Of a DNA stretch of 64,000 nucleotides, positions 1 to 10,700 are shown one piece after another. The notes beneath the pieces were generated by a model, which did no database searches, was not told the DNA's origin, and was given only the letters and a program-made list of their open reading frames with translations. A program made the translations under genes and the position numbers. The DNA lies in NCBI GenBank assembly GCA_030704615.1, contig CM060734.1, positions 15,190,001 to 15,254,000 on the forward strand. The letters are read 5' to 3'. This DNA is from Takakia lepidozioides. Lineage: Eukaryota; Plantae; Bryophyta. Within the stretch, counting starts at the first letter, position 1; each line of letters begins with the position of its first letter.

Positions 1-46
1 CCACGAGTTCAGGCGAGGACATGAAGCAGAGATTGAGGAGTGGAGG

Positions 47-2254
47 ATGTATTGGTCACCTGACTACGTCTCCATTACTCGAGGCACGACGCGACCAGTA
101 GCTGCATCAGTACCAATAGCTCCCACTGCCAGCACTAGTAGTGGAGCAAGTAGTGCTGGTACTTCTGCAGGTGGTACCAGTTCAAAAGGTGCTACTACTC
201 CTCCTGCCACGACTACAACACATGTGCCTAGATTCAACCCGGTGGTGGAGTTCTTCCAGGAGTTGCGGAGGAACTACCAAGGTGTACGGACAGAGAAGCT
301 GCGAAGTTTGCAAGACTTCCAGCGCAAACCCAGTGAGAGCCTGCGAGAGGCGTACACTCGTATGAGGCGCTTGATAAGTGTGACCCAAGGGGTTACTGAA
401 GCTCAGGCAATCCAGTTTTGGTATGGAATTCTGGACAAGGAGCTCAAGAGAAGGGTGCGAGATGCAACCCTGTTACAAGCAGCCCAACCCACATTAGCAG
501 ATGTGTTTCTGCTGGCTGAGCGGATTGAGCTCAACATGGTGGAGGAGCGAGTTGTTACAATTGGATTTGGCAAGGACATGCCTGCACGAGGCGCAGCTGC
601 CAGCCCACAGGCACAAGGGACTGCCCAACAGCGTGGTCAGGGGGGCAAGGTTGCCCAGCCCAAGTTCCATGGAGCTTACAGGGGACCTCAGGTGCAGAGG
701 CCCGTGGCATCTTTTGCAGGCCAACAGCAACCAGGGGTGATATGTTGGACATGTGGAGGACCCCATGTCAAGAGAGATTGCCCAGAGAGTGGCAAAAGGC
801 CGGCACAAGCACAGCCTGCACAGTTGCAGTGTGGGCATTGTGGCAAGTATGGGCATGGAGATGCCCAGTGTTATGACTTGCATCCTGAGTTGCGCCCAGG
901 CCAGTTCCAAGGGAACAATGGTGGCCGGGGGCGAGGTGGACCAGCCCAAAGAGGACGAGGTGGTCGGGCACGAGGTGCAGGCCAAGGGCAAGCTCCACAT
1001 GGCCAAGGACGCGGAGGTCAGGGTGTTGACCAAGGCATGGCCAATCGGCTTCAGCAGCTAGAGCAGAGGCTCGCTGCCATGGCTATAGCTCAGGCGGTAC
1101 CGGCTCCCAGGCGGGATGGTCCACCTCCTGCTCCTGAGGGAGGAGATATGGGAGGCATGGGATTCATGTGCGGAGCAGCACTACCACTAGAGCAGGTGGA
1201 GTCTGCTGCAGCCGTGACTCGAGGAGCAGCACGAGTTCCTGAGCCACGAGGTGCAGAGGTGGAATTGGATCCACAGCGTGGGGAGGCAAGCCGTCAGGCG
1301 AGGCTTCCTCAGTCATTCACATTGGCGGAGACTGTGTCGACGCCATCCATGGCACCTAGTTCTCGCCCGACTGTTACCGAGGCGGAGGTTACTATGCCAT
1401 TGGGGAGAGCTACACGTGCAGCACTGACACCTGCTACCAAGGCTAGTGCAGCCGGTGTGTTATTGGGGGCAGCCACCTCTGTGTGTCAAGCCCCACTGTT
1501 CTCGGCAACCATGATTGCGACGCCGGGGGTAAGACCAGCTGCAGTGTTCAGACTAGCAGCAACACTCTGTGAGAGTGGGGAGGTCACTTCATCTTCTGCG
1601 GAGTTAGTGGAAGGTGTAGTGGCAGAGGGATCCTCGGATTTGAGGGTCAAGACTGCCACGGCTGCGCCCTGGCAAGCTGCAGCTGCCAGGTTGACGGAGC
1701 TGCCAGCTAGGCCAGCCTTTGAGCGCGCCATGGTGACACCTGGAGTTGTCTTGTTAGACAACCAGGGAGGCATTTTCACTTTGAGTGGACCGGCAGGCAA
1801 GAAGTACCGGCCACTGCGGGTCTTGTTGGACTCGGGAGCTCAGCCACTGATGTTGGGCAGAGCTGCTATTGCAGGTTTGGGCCTCATGGAGGCGGATATG
1901 GAGCCTTGTCCTTTCCAGATACAGACATCTCTGGGAGGATCAGAGCAGGCTCGGGGCATGACACGGCATCAGTTGGCCATTAGACTGCAGCCGGATCATC
2001 CTATCGATGGCTCAGTAATGCGAGCCAAGGCCATTGTGACAGACGCGGTCTCTTACGATGTCCTCGTTGGTGGGGCAGTGTTATACCCCATGGGCTTCAC
2101 CCTGGACTTTTGGGAGGAGTCAGCATCCTACAGGCCTGGATGGCAGTCAGGGGATGGTCGCCGTGCACAGCTCCCTGTGACATTCATTGGGGGTATTAGC
2201 GGCTGCCCAGCGGGGCAAGATGCCAACACTAGCCGCCTTTACAGCTGCAGTTAG
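47..2254 (+). CDS. Gag with zinc knuckles plus aspartic protease of the gypsy element (frameshifts into the DNMT frame near 2190)
   Basis: Gag-like helical region (EKLRSLQDFQRKPSESLREAYTRM), knuckles CWTCGGPHVKRDC and CGHCGKYGHGDAQC, RGG-rich tract, protease active site VLLDSGAQ and flap-side motif YDVLVGG. Confidence 0.85.
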   Translation: MYWSPDYVSITRGTTRPVAASVPIAPTASTSSGASSAGTSAGGTSSKGATTPPATTTTHVPRFNPVVEFFQELRRNYQGVRTEKLRSLQDFQRKPSESLREAYTRMRRLISVTQGVTEAQAIQFWYGILDKELKRRVRDATLLQAAQPTLADVFLLAERIELNMVEERVVTIGFGKDMPARGAAASPQAQGTAQQRGQGGKVAQPKFHGAYRGPQVQRPVASFAGQQQPGVICWTCGGPHVKRDCPESGKRPAQAQPAQLQCGHCGKYGHGDAQCYDLHPELRPGQFQGNNGGRGRGGPAQRGRGGRARGAGQGQAPHGQGRGGQGVDQGMANRLQQLEQRLAAMAIAQAVPAPRRDGPPPAPEGGDMGGMGFMCGAALPLEQVESAAAVTRGAARVPEPRGAEVELDPQRGEASRQARLPQSFTLAETVSTPSMAPSSRPTVTEAEVTMPLGRATRAALTPATKASAAGVLLGAATSVCQAPLFSATMIATPGVRPAAVFRLAATLCESGEVTSSSAELVEGVVAEGSSDLRVKTATAAPWQAAAARLTELPARPAFERAMVTPGVVLLDNQGGIFTLSGPAGKKYRPLRVLLDSGAQPLMLGRAAIAGLGLMEADMEPCPFQIQTSLGGSEQARGMTRHQLAIRLQPDHPIDGSVMRAKAIVTDAVSYDVLVGGAVLYPMGFTLDFWEESASYRPGWQSGDGRRAQLPVTFIGGISGCPAGQDANTSRLYSCS

Positions 2255-3791
2255 TTGGCCTGGAGAGTTGCTGGAAGGCAATGCCCATGCAGAGGATGTG
2301 CCACCTCCAGCAGAGCAGGATGACATGCATGGTATGGCGGAGTTGCCTGCCATGGTTGCTCACACTCCATTGTGGGGTACGAGCAAGGATTTGCAGCAGG
2401 TTGCTGATCGACGGGTGCAACAAGCCTGGGTAGAGGCTTTTGTACCGTCAGGAGAGGAGGAGAGTGCGGGTATTGCACCAGGACCACCTCAGTTGTCACC
2501 ATTGGATACCACACCTATTGTGTGGCAGTATCCGGATGAAGGCATTTGCCTTCTGGACTTGTTTGGCGGGATCAGCACCGGATTGGCTGCTGTGCTACAG
2601 GCAGGTGTGCGGGTAAGGCGTTACCTGTATGTGGAGAGGGATGAGACTGCACGACGCGTCTCACTGCGCCATGTTGCTCAGTTGGTACAGCAGTACCCTG
2701 CTTTGTTGCCAGTGTCTGCAGTTCGTGGATACCAACAAGCCTTGCCAGCAGACATTTCGTTGCTGGGGGCGCCGGATTTGGAGCAGGTTGGCTCCATTGA
2801 TCTGGTAGTGGCAGGTTGGCCCTGCCAAGGGCATTCATCAGCCGGGCATGGCAATGGATTGCGAGACTCGAGGACGGGTCTGTTTTGGGAGATGGTGCGG
2901 ATTTTGCGCCACTTGCAGCTTCATCAAGCTGTATCTCCAGCATACATCTTGGAGAATGTGCCACTGATGGGTGATTCTCGGGCCAGGGTGATGGCCAGTG
3001 TGCATCAAGTCCGGTCGTGGCTTGGGTCAGCAGTGTTGCTGGATGCAGCTGCAGTGGGATCACGGGCTCATCGTCCACGGCTATGGTGGACTAACTTGAT
3101 GCCACCCGCACTGCTCAAGCGTGCATTTGATGGGGTGCAGCGGCCAGCACACCTCACCGTGGATGGCATTTTGGACACAGGGAGGCAGTCTCAACGTGTG
3201 AGACACGATGACCGTTCGCCTTTGGCAGTGGTCAACAGGGTGGGTCAACCACGAGCAGCATTACCTACACTGCTCAGCTTCCCAGGATCCCATGCTTTTC
3301 GGGATGGTGGACCTGGCCTCCTGTGGGATGCTCAGTTGCAGCAGTTAGTGGAGCCTAATGCCGACGAGCGAGAGCGGGCTATGGGGTTTTCCACTGGGAC
3401 CACGGCGGTGCCTTCTCTTTCTGAGGCATCACGTCGTCAGGTGTTGGGGCAAGCAATGGATCTCAATTGCTTGACCTGGATTATCAGCTTGGCTATGGCT
3501 GAGCAACGTAGAGTGCGGAGTGCACTTCCCTTGATGGTCTCTCTGCCTACCGAGACGGTACAGGCAGCGAGTGGGGGCGAGCCGGTGAGGACCACGGGGT
3601 GTAGACATCCATGGCACACGTGGGAGGTGCTCGAGGTTCAGAGGGAGTTGGCAGCCAAGGCAGCTGTGATGGATGAGGTTGGGGATTCTTCTCGGGATGA
3701 GGAGGTTCTCAATGATGAGATGATGGGGCAGGATGAGGCCTTGTCATTGACTGAGCAGGAAGGGAGTACTGCTCAAGAGGTTGCAGCATAG
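2187..3791 (+). CDS. DNMT3-like C5-cytosine DNA methyltransferase domain within the retrotransposon pol
   Basis: Motif I LDLFGGIS (~2553-2576), motif II YVERD, motif IV VAGWPCQG (catalytic Cys codon 2823-2825), motif VI YILENV (Glu 2952), motif VIII AHRPRLWWTN, motif IX ERERAMGF, motif X RRQVLGQAM. Same reading frame as RT, separated by a single TAG at 3789-3791. Confidence 0.93.
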   Translation: MGVLAAAQRGKMPTLAAFTAAVSWPGELLEGNAHAEDVPPPAEQDDMHGMAELPAMVAHTPLWGTSKDLQQVADRRVQQAWVEAFVPSGEEESAGIAPGPPQLSPLDTTPIVWQYPDEGICLLDLFGGISTGLAAVLQAGVRVRRYLYVERDETARRVSLRHVAQLVQQYPALLPVSAVRGYQQALPADISLLGAPDLEQVGSIDLVVAGWPCQGHSSAGHGNGLRDSRTGLFWEMVRILRHLQLHQAVSPAYILENVPLMGDSRARVMASVHQVRSWLGSAVLLDAAAVGSRAHRPRLWWTNLMPPALLKRAFDGVQRPAHLTVDGILDTGRQSQRVRHDDRSPLAVVNRVGQPRAALPTLLSFPGSHAFRDGGPGLLWDAQLQQLVEPNADERERAMGFSTGTTAVPSLSEASRRQVLGQAMDLNCLTWIISLAMAEQRRVRSALPLMVSLPTETVQAASGGEPVRTTGCRHPWHTWEVLEVQRELAAKAAVMDEVGDSSRDEEVLNDEMMGQDEALSLTEQEGSTAQEVAA

Positions 3792-5918
3792 CAACCACGG
3801 GACGCGTCCTCTACCTCTAAGCCCACTGGACTTAAGGTTGCAGTTACGGAGGACAATTGGGAGCCTGACATTGGACCCATTGTCACCGGAGGAGAGAGAC
3901 GACGTATACGGCGGTTCCTGAGGGCTTACAGGAATTGCTTTGCCTTCAGTTTGAAGGACTTGGGAGCACTGAAGGGTCAAGAGATCCGTATTGAGTTGGC
4001 CACTGACACGCCAATCTTTCGGAGACCCTATAGATACAGTGACATGGAGAGGTCTTTGATTCAGATGAGGACTCAAGATCTCTGGGAGGCAGGTTTGGTG
4101 GAGCTCTCTGGTGGAGAGTATGCTTCAGCCACAGTGATGCCAGCCAAGAAGGATGTCTATGGCAATTGGACGGAGAGACGTATGTGCGGTGATTACCGGC
4201 CTGTAAATCGTCAGACCAAGTCCGATAGGTATGCCATGCCGACACCAGAGGAGATCTTTGATGCCATTGGGCATTCCAAGGTCTTTAGCACGTTGGATTT
4301 ACGATCCGGATATCACCAGTTGCCGATCAAGGAGGCGGATAAGCAAAAGACGGCATTCTGGGGGATCAATGAGCACGGGAAGGATTGCCTATACCAGTGG
4401 CGGTTCTTACCATTTGGGCTTAAAAACGCTCCCGCTGAGTTTCAAAGAGTCATGGACAGGATTCTAGCAGGGGTGGAGTTTGCTCGGTGCTACATAGATG
4501 ACATCATCATCTTTAGTGCTACGGTGGAGGAGCATGAGAGACACCTTCAGGGGGTATTTGAGCGCTTGAGGACGCACGGATTGAAGTTACATCCGGGCAA
4601 GTGCAAGTTTTTCCACAACCAGATTGAGTATCTGGGTCACATGATATATCCTGGAGGATTGGGGGTACAGCAGACTAAGGTAGAGTCCATTGCACAGGTT
4701 CCACGCCCCACGGATGTGAGCCGAGTTCGAGCTTTCATGGGGTTAGCAAACTATTACAGACGGTTTGTTAAGGGATTTAGTGCCATTGCAAAGGCTCTAA
4801 CCAAGCTGACCAAGGTGGACCAGGAGTGGCAGTGGGAAGATGAGCAAGAACAAGCTTTTCAAGAGCTCAAGGCGAGGTTGACCTCGGCGCCCATCTTGAG
4901 ACGACCTATCAGGGGGCGTCCTTTTCAGCTGCATACAGATTGGAGCGGCTAGCTTAAGCACTACACTCTCTTGATGATCCACCTATGTGAGCACCGCTCG
5001 AAGCCCAATGCTGCAGAGTCTAAGTATAGCTCATATGAGGGAGAATGCTTAGCTGCAGTGTGGGCCGTGGCACACTTCAGGTGCTATCTATACGGCAATC
5101 TCTTCACCCTTGTCACGGATCACCAACCACTCAAGTGGTTGATGGAGTCAGACAAGCTTACGGGGAAGCTTGCACGGTGGGCACTCATCCTTCAAGAGTA
5201 TGACTTTCAGGTGGTGCATCGACCGGGTTTGGTCAATCGCAATGCAGATGGGTTGAGTCGCAATCCATGCACGAGCCAACAGGATGACACTGGAGCTCGG
5301 TGGCATGGTGAGACGGACGAGGAGATGGTGCCCGGATGGCATGCATCTGCATTTCTGTGTATCTTGGCAGCGGAAGGCCAGGTTGGACCTGCAACAGGGA
5401 TGACTGTAGATCAAGTGTCTGAGGACCCTGAGGCCAGCAATGAGCAAGGTGGCGCCAAAGATATACATGAGGATTCAGTTGTGTTGGACTACCTCCGCAC
5501 TGGAGACACTGCAGCCACTGTGACTGCCAAGGAGAGGGATCGGATCCTACAACGAGCCAAGAGGTTCAAGTGGGAGGGGACACACCTGCTCCGAGTGTGG
5601 GAGGATGGTCGAGTGAGGATTGTGCCTCACCCAACACAGCGGGCACGGTTAGTGCGGCATGCCCATGAGGAGTTGGGGCATTTTGGGGTGCGACGCACTC
5701 ATAGTCTACTGCAGGGGCAGTATTGGTGGCGTGGTATGCACACAGAGGTGCAACAATTTGTGGCTAGGTGCATGGTGTGTGACAGGGTGCGTGCTTCATT
5801 CAACGCCCCTACTCCACAATTGCATCCTCTTCCGATCATGGGATTGGGCTACAGGTGGAGTCTTGACTTCGCAGGGCCATTGCCACTGACCATGCGCCAC
5901 ACAAGTACGTGTTGGTGA
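3792..5918 (+). CDS. Reverse transcriptase, RNase H and integrase zinc finger (interrupted near 4950-5005)
   Basis: [41 protein letters not shown]; RNase H LHTDWS, SYEGECLA, TDHQPL, NADGLSR; HHCC HAHEELGH...CMVC; integrase WSLDFAGP. Confidence 0.93.
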
Positions 5919-6726
5919 TGGTGGACACTTCTCCAAGTGGATTGAATTGGTTCCATTGCCTGATAAGGCTAGTGAGGGAGCTGCGTATGCATTCTTGGAT
6001 TGTGTGCTTAGCCGATTCGGTGCTCCAGCTGAGGTACTCACGGACCAAGGGAGAGAGTTCTTGGGGGAGTTTCAGGCTTTGTGTGACAAGGCCTTGATAG
6101 ACCACCGCACCACTTCTCGGGATCATCCTGAGGCCGATGGCTTGGCAGAGAGAGTTGTTCAGACAGTAAAGAGGGGTTTGCGCAAGTATGGCTTGCAGAA
6201 GGGACACCTAGGAGATTGGGACCTTCAGTTACCCTGGTTAGCCATGGGCTACAGGTTCAGCAAGCAAGCATCACTTGCCTCCTTCTCACCATACTTTCTT
6301 CTCTTTGGCCGAGAGCCGGATTTGCCTACATCCATTCGCAGAGAAGCTGCTACAGTTCTTAACCTTGACGATCCGGACGTGTGGGCACGTGCATGTGAGC
6401 AGCGTGCAGAGTTGTTCAAGAGAGTCATGCCCATGGCTTTCGAGAACCTTGCCATTGCACAACACCGTGATACGTTGAGGTATGCTACCATACGTGGTGG
6501 GGGCTATCGTCCTGGGGTTCGGAGATTCAACCCTGGTGACTATGTCTATCTGCAGCAGACTGCTCCTACGACCCTGGATGTGACTGCAGGACGTGTTATT
6601 TTGAGGGTTCGAGAGGTCTTGCCTTCAGGCGTCTTGGTCTTGGAGGGTCGGGATGGCATAACTTGGAAGGACCATGTGCGTAATTGTGCGCCATGTTCAC
6701 CTTCCGAATGTCGATGGCAGGATTGA
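5909..6726 (+). CDS. Integrase catalytic core and C-terminal region (small frameshifts at ~5900-5930 and ~6697)
   Basis: VLTDQGREF and DGLAERVVQ complete the DDE triad; WDLQLP and SPYFLLFGREP are also present. Confidence 0.9.
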
Positions 6727-6760
6727 CCCAAACCTGGCAGTGGTATCTGCAGGTTTGAGG

Positions 6761-6895
6761 TGCATGTTGTGTGGGTCTGCTAAAGGGGCAGCCACCATGC
6801 TGGTGTGTGATCGATGCTCTAGAGGTTGGCATATGGGATGCTTGACTCCACCTCTTGAGATGGTTCCGGATGGGGATTGGTTATGTCCACATTGC
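6761..6895 (+). CDS. PHD finger at the integrase C-terminus (in ORF 6674..7063)
   Basis: C4HC3 pattern CMLC...MLVCDRC..GWHMGCLTPPLEMVPDGDWLCPHC. Removing one T at ~6697 joins it to the integrase frame (CAPCHLPNVDG). Confidence 0.9.
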
Positions 6896-7164
6896 ATTGG
6901 ACAGTGGGAGTGGATACAACCATGGAAGGCTAACAAGAAACGCAAGGTCCAGCTACTAGGAGACCTTGAACACACGAGGTCCTGGCTCAAGTTCACAGAT
7001 TGCAAGACGGCGACTAACGATGGGGCTACTCTTGTACCCGGCCTCTTGGTCTATAGAGTTTGAGTGCAATAGGGGCAGTGATAGAGGACTTAGTACGGCT
7101 GTGGCTATTACATCTTGTAGCTATCTGGAGGTAGAGGGACCTACCCACCAGCTAGGGGGGCGAT

Positions 7165-7692
7165 TGTGGCAGACTACTTTATTGTGCATATATGTGTGGT
7201 GTGGTTTGGACAGCGATGTAGTTGTGTAGCGATATGTATGCGCACGACAGCTGTCAAGTTAAATAAGCACAATGTGAAAACAACTAGAATAAAACTAATT
7301 ATTTGTATTTAACACTTGGATTTAGATCAAGTGTTAAATCAGGTGTCAAGTTTAGTTTGACACCTGGTCCGTCTTATCTTCACGAGAGCGGCAGTCGCGC
7401 GGCTCATCTCTCTCGAGTTGAGCCTGCGCGACCAAGCTCCTTCATTCTTCAGATCTGAGTGTGCTTATGATGGGAGTGTAGGTCGTTGTGGGGTGGAGTC
7501 CCCATAGCTTGGGGTGCCCCTGGCTCGACTATTATTCAAAGAGTGATGTTGAGGGATTTCATATTTCTGGTGTTGAGAGTGTGTGTCCTTTCAAGCTTTC
7601 TTATCATTGTGGCAGACTACTTTATTGTGCACATATGTGTGGTGTGGTTTGGACAGCGATGTAGTTGTGTAGCGATATGTATGCGCACGACA
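7165..7692 (+). repeat. Probable 3' LTR of the DNMT-gypsy, with an 85-bp direct repeat at both ends (7165-7249 and 7608-7692)
   Basis: Begins TG right after the PPT and ends GACA. The two 85-bp copies differ at one visible position (gcatat vs gcacat). Confidence 0.7.
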
Positions 7693-7738
7693 AGAGCTTA
7701 GAGTTCAGTACGTGATCGTCCTTGGGATTGGCCTCATC

Positions 7739-10700
7739 ATGGGGTCGGGCAAGCCAAAGCGAAAGCGGAACGGCCCAAAAGATGATGATCCTGGTGAGCC
7801 TGATGGGGGCGACGTGTCACCGAAACGGCCGTTTGAGGAAGCGACGCAGGTTTCTGAAAGCGAGGCCGCTCAAGAGCGGGAGGAATCCGAGGAGTTGGAG
7901 CCCGAGGAATCCGTGAGAGCTCTGACCGACCAACAGATGCCTCCCATGCCGGCAGCCTTTTGGGAAGGGTTGTTGGCGCAGTTTGGCGGGACGTTGAAAG
8001 ACGTGTTGAAGGCGGCTAATGCCACTTCCACTAAGGCAAAGTTTAAGGTGAAGCCTAAGGAACCCGGCACCTTCGAGGGCGTCCAAAATCGGAAGGCACT
8101 CAACACCTGGCTCCTGGAGCTAGAGCAGTACTTCCGGGCGGCCAAGTTGAGTGACGAGGATCGGGTGGAAGTGGCTCCAATCTATTTGAGGGGCTATGCT
8201 CAACAATGGTGGCAGAAACGCCTTCACGACCGAGATCCAAGCCCGGAAACCTTGGACTGGAGTGGGTTCAAGGAATTGATGAAGAGACAGTTTGTGCCCC
8301 TCAACGCGTCCTGGCTTGCCCGGGACAAGATGAGGAATTTGAAGCAAACAGATGACATTCGGGGGTATGTCCAAGCTTTCAATGTACTGTTGCTCGAAGT
8401 CGCGGACATGGCAGAACCAAAAATGGTCTTCAACTTTGTGGCGGGACTGGCCCCATGGGCCAGGCGGAAGTTGGAGGAGAGGCCACCCAAGACTTTGAAC
8501 GAGGCAATTGAGAGGGCTGAATGTTTCTCGGATGTCCCTAGGGGTGAGAGACAAGGCCGTACGGAGCTGAACCACAAGAAGACCCGGCGGGAAGGTGACT
8601 CCTCCCGGCCGGAAAAGAAGTGGGATAGGCCACGCGGCGACAATGGCACGTGGAAATTGAAGGGAGGGCCTTCACACGTCAAGGCGGCACCCGGTGCTTC
8701 GAAAGGAAAAGCGGGTGGAGCGGCTTATGGCGGATAGAAGGCGACCTTTGATGGAGTCTGTTTCAATTGCGGGGAGCCCGGGCACATGGCCAAGAAGTGC
8801 ACAAAACCTCGACAATTGAACATGACTCGGGCAACGACGGAGCTGTCGGAAGATACCATCAGTCGCTTGGTGGAAGCGGTGGTTGCCAGGACTTGCAAGG
8901 TAGGCAACTATTCTTGTGAGTTGTATCAGGAAACTGGCGCCCTGCGTAAAGGGAGTCAGTTATTGTTCGTGGATGGGATAATATCCGAAACTAACGTGTC
9001 GTTGTTGGTGGACACAGGAGCGTCGCACTCCTTCATGACGCCGGCGGCGGCGCGAAAGTTGGGACTCCCGACAAGTGACGTGGGGGCCTCTATTGAGGTG
9101 CGTTCTGCCAAAGGAGAACCACAGTTGGCGACAAGGTTGGCGTTTGATGTTCCTCTTCAACTGGGGAGTTGGGAGGGACGTGAGAACTTCACCATCTGCG
9201 AGATCGATGGAGTGGATCTCATTTTGGGGATGACCTTTTTGAGCAAATCCGGAGCGGTCATAGATGGCCGCAAGAGAGTAGTCACGCTGCCATGTGGGAA
9301 TGGTGGCGAGGTTTTACGAGTGTCGGAAACGCCCAAATCCGTGGGAGGGCGAATAAACCTTTTGTCAGCAAAGGAGTGGGCCGTGGAGGAGGCACACGAG
9401 CCCCAATTTTTGCTTTACATTAGAGAAGTGAAAGGAGAAGGCGATGGGGAGCCGAGCCCAGATTGGATCAAGGGGATTTTGGAGAAATACCAGGATCTGA
9501 TGCCGGAGGATTTACCAAGCGGCTTGCCACCACGAAGAGGAGTTGACCACAAGATTGAGGTGATACCGGGATCGGAACCGCCTGCCAAGGCGCCCTACCG
9601 GTTGAGCCACAGAGAGTTGGTCGAGCTGAAGACTCAGCTCAAGGATCTAATGTCAAAGGGGTATATCCGGCCGAATAAGTCACCTTACGGAGCCCCGGTG
9701 TTATTTGCAGACAAGAAGGATGGGACGCTGCAGATGTGTGTCGATTACAGGGCTCTGAATAAGGTGACTATAAAAAACCGGTACCCTTTGCCAAGGATCG
9801 ACGACCTCTTCGATCGGTTGGCAGGAGCGAAGTATTTCAGCCGGATCGACTTACGCTCCGGCTATCATCAAATTCGGGTGGCGGAAGGAGATGAGGAGAA
9901 GACCGCGTGCAGGACAAGGTATGGTTCATATGAGTTCTTGGTGATGCCTTTTGGGCTCACCAATGCACCAGCGACATTTAGCACGCTGATGAACAGCCTT
10001 TTCCAGGAGTGGTTGGATGACTTTGTGATCGTGTACATCGACGACATCTTGGTGTACTCGAAAACAAAGGAGGAGCACCTGGAGCACTTGAAAAGGGTGT
10101 TCCAAAAATTGCGAGAAGGGAAGCTGTATGCCAAAGCTTCAAAGTGCGAATTCAGGGTCACAAAAGTGGAGTTCCTGGGGCATGTGATTACACAGGATGG
10201 GATCAAAATGGATGACAGAAAGGTGAGGGCGATCTTGGACTGGGAGCCTCCGACTTCGGTCCCGGGAGTGCGATCCTTCCTAGGACTCGCCTCCTATTAC
10301 CGTAAGTATGTGAGAAATTTCGCCAAGACCGCTGTCAGACCTTATGTGTAAATCTAAAGTCTGGGCATGGAACACCTTTTGTGGCCAAGCTTTTGCTGAA
10401 TTGAAGCAGCGGATGGCGGAAGCTCCAGTCTTGAAAATCCCGGAGTTCGATCGTCCATTTGAGATTCATACAGATGCGTCGGACTTCGCGATTGGGGGTG
10501 TACTTATGCAAGATGGACGTCCAGTGGCTTACGAAAGTAAGAAACTGAATGAAGTGGAGCGACGGTGGCCGACGCACGAAAAAGAGATGAAGGCGGTGGT
10601 GCATTGCCTCGAGCTTTGGCGCCACTATGTTGGTTCCAACCCAGTGAAGGTGTTCACGGACAATGTCACGGTGAAGTATTTTGCCACGCAGCCCAAGTTG

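Larger units (their letters stand above)
1..7692 (+). mobile_element. Ty3/gypsy LTR retrotransposon carrying a C5-DNA methyltransferase and a C-terminal PHD finger (5' end outside window; lightly mutated)
   Basis: Domain order gag-ZnK-PR-DNMT-RT-RNaseH-IN-PHD on one strand. Polypurine tract AGGGGGGCGA at 7154-7163, followed by a TG...CA-bounded terminal segment at 7165-7692. Confidence 0.92.
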
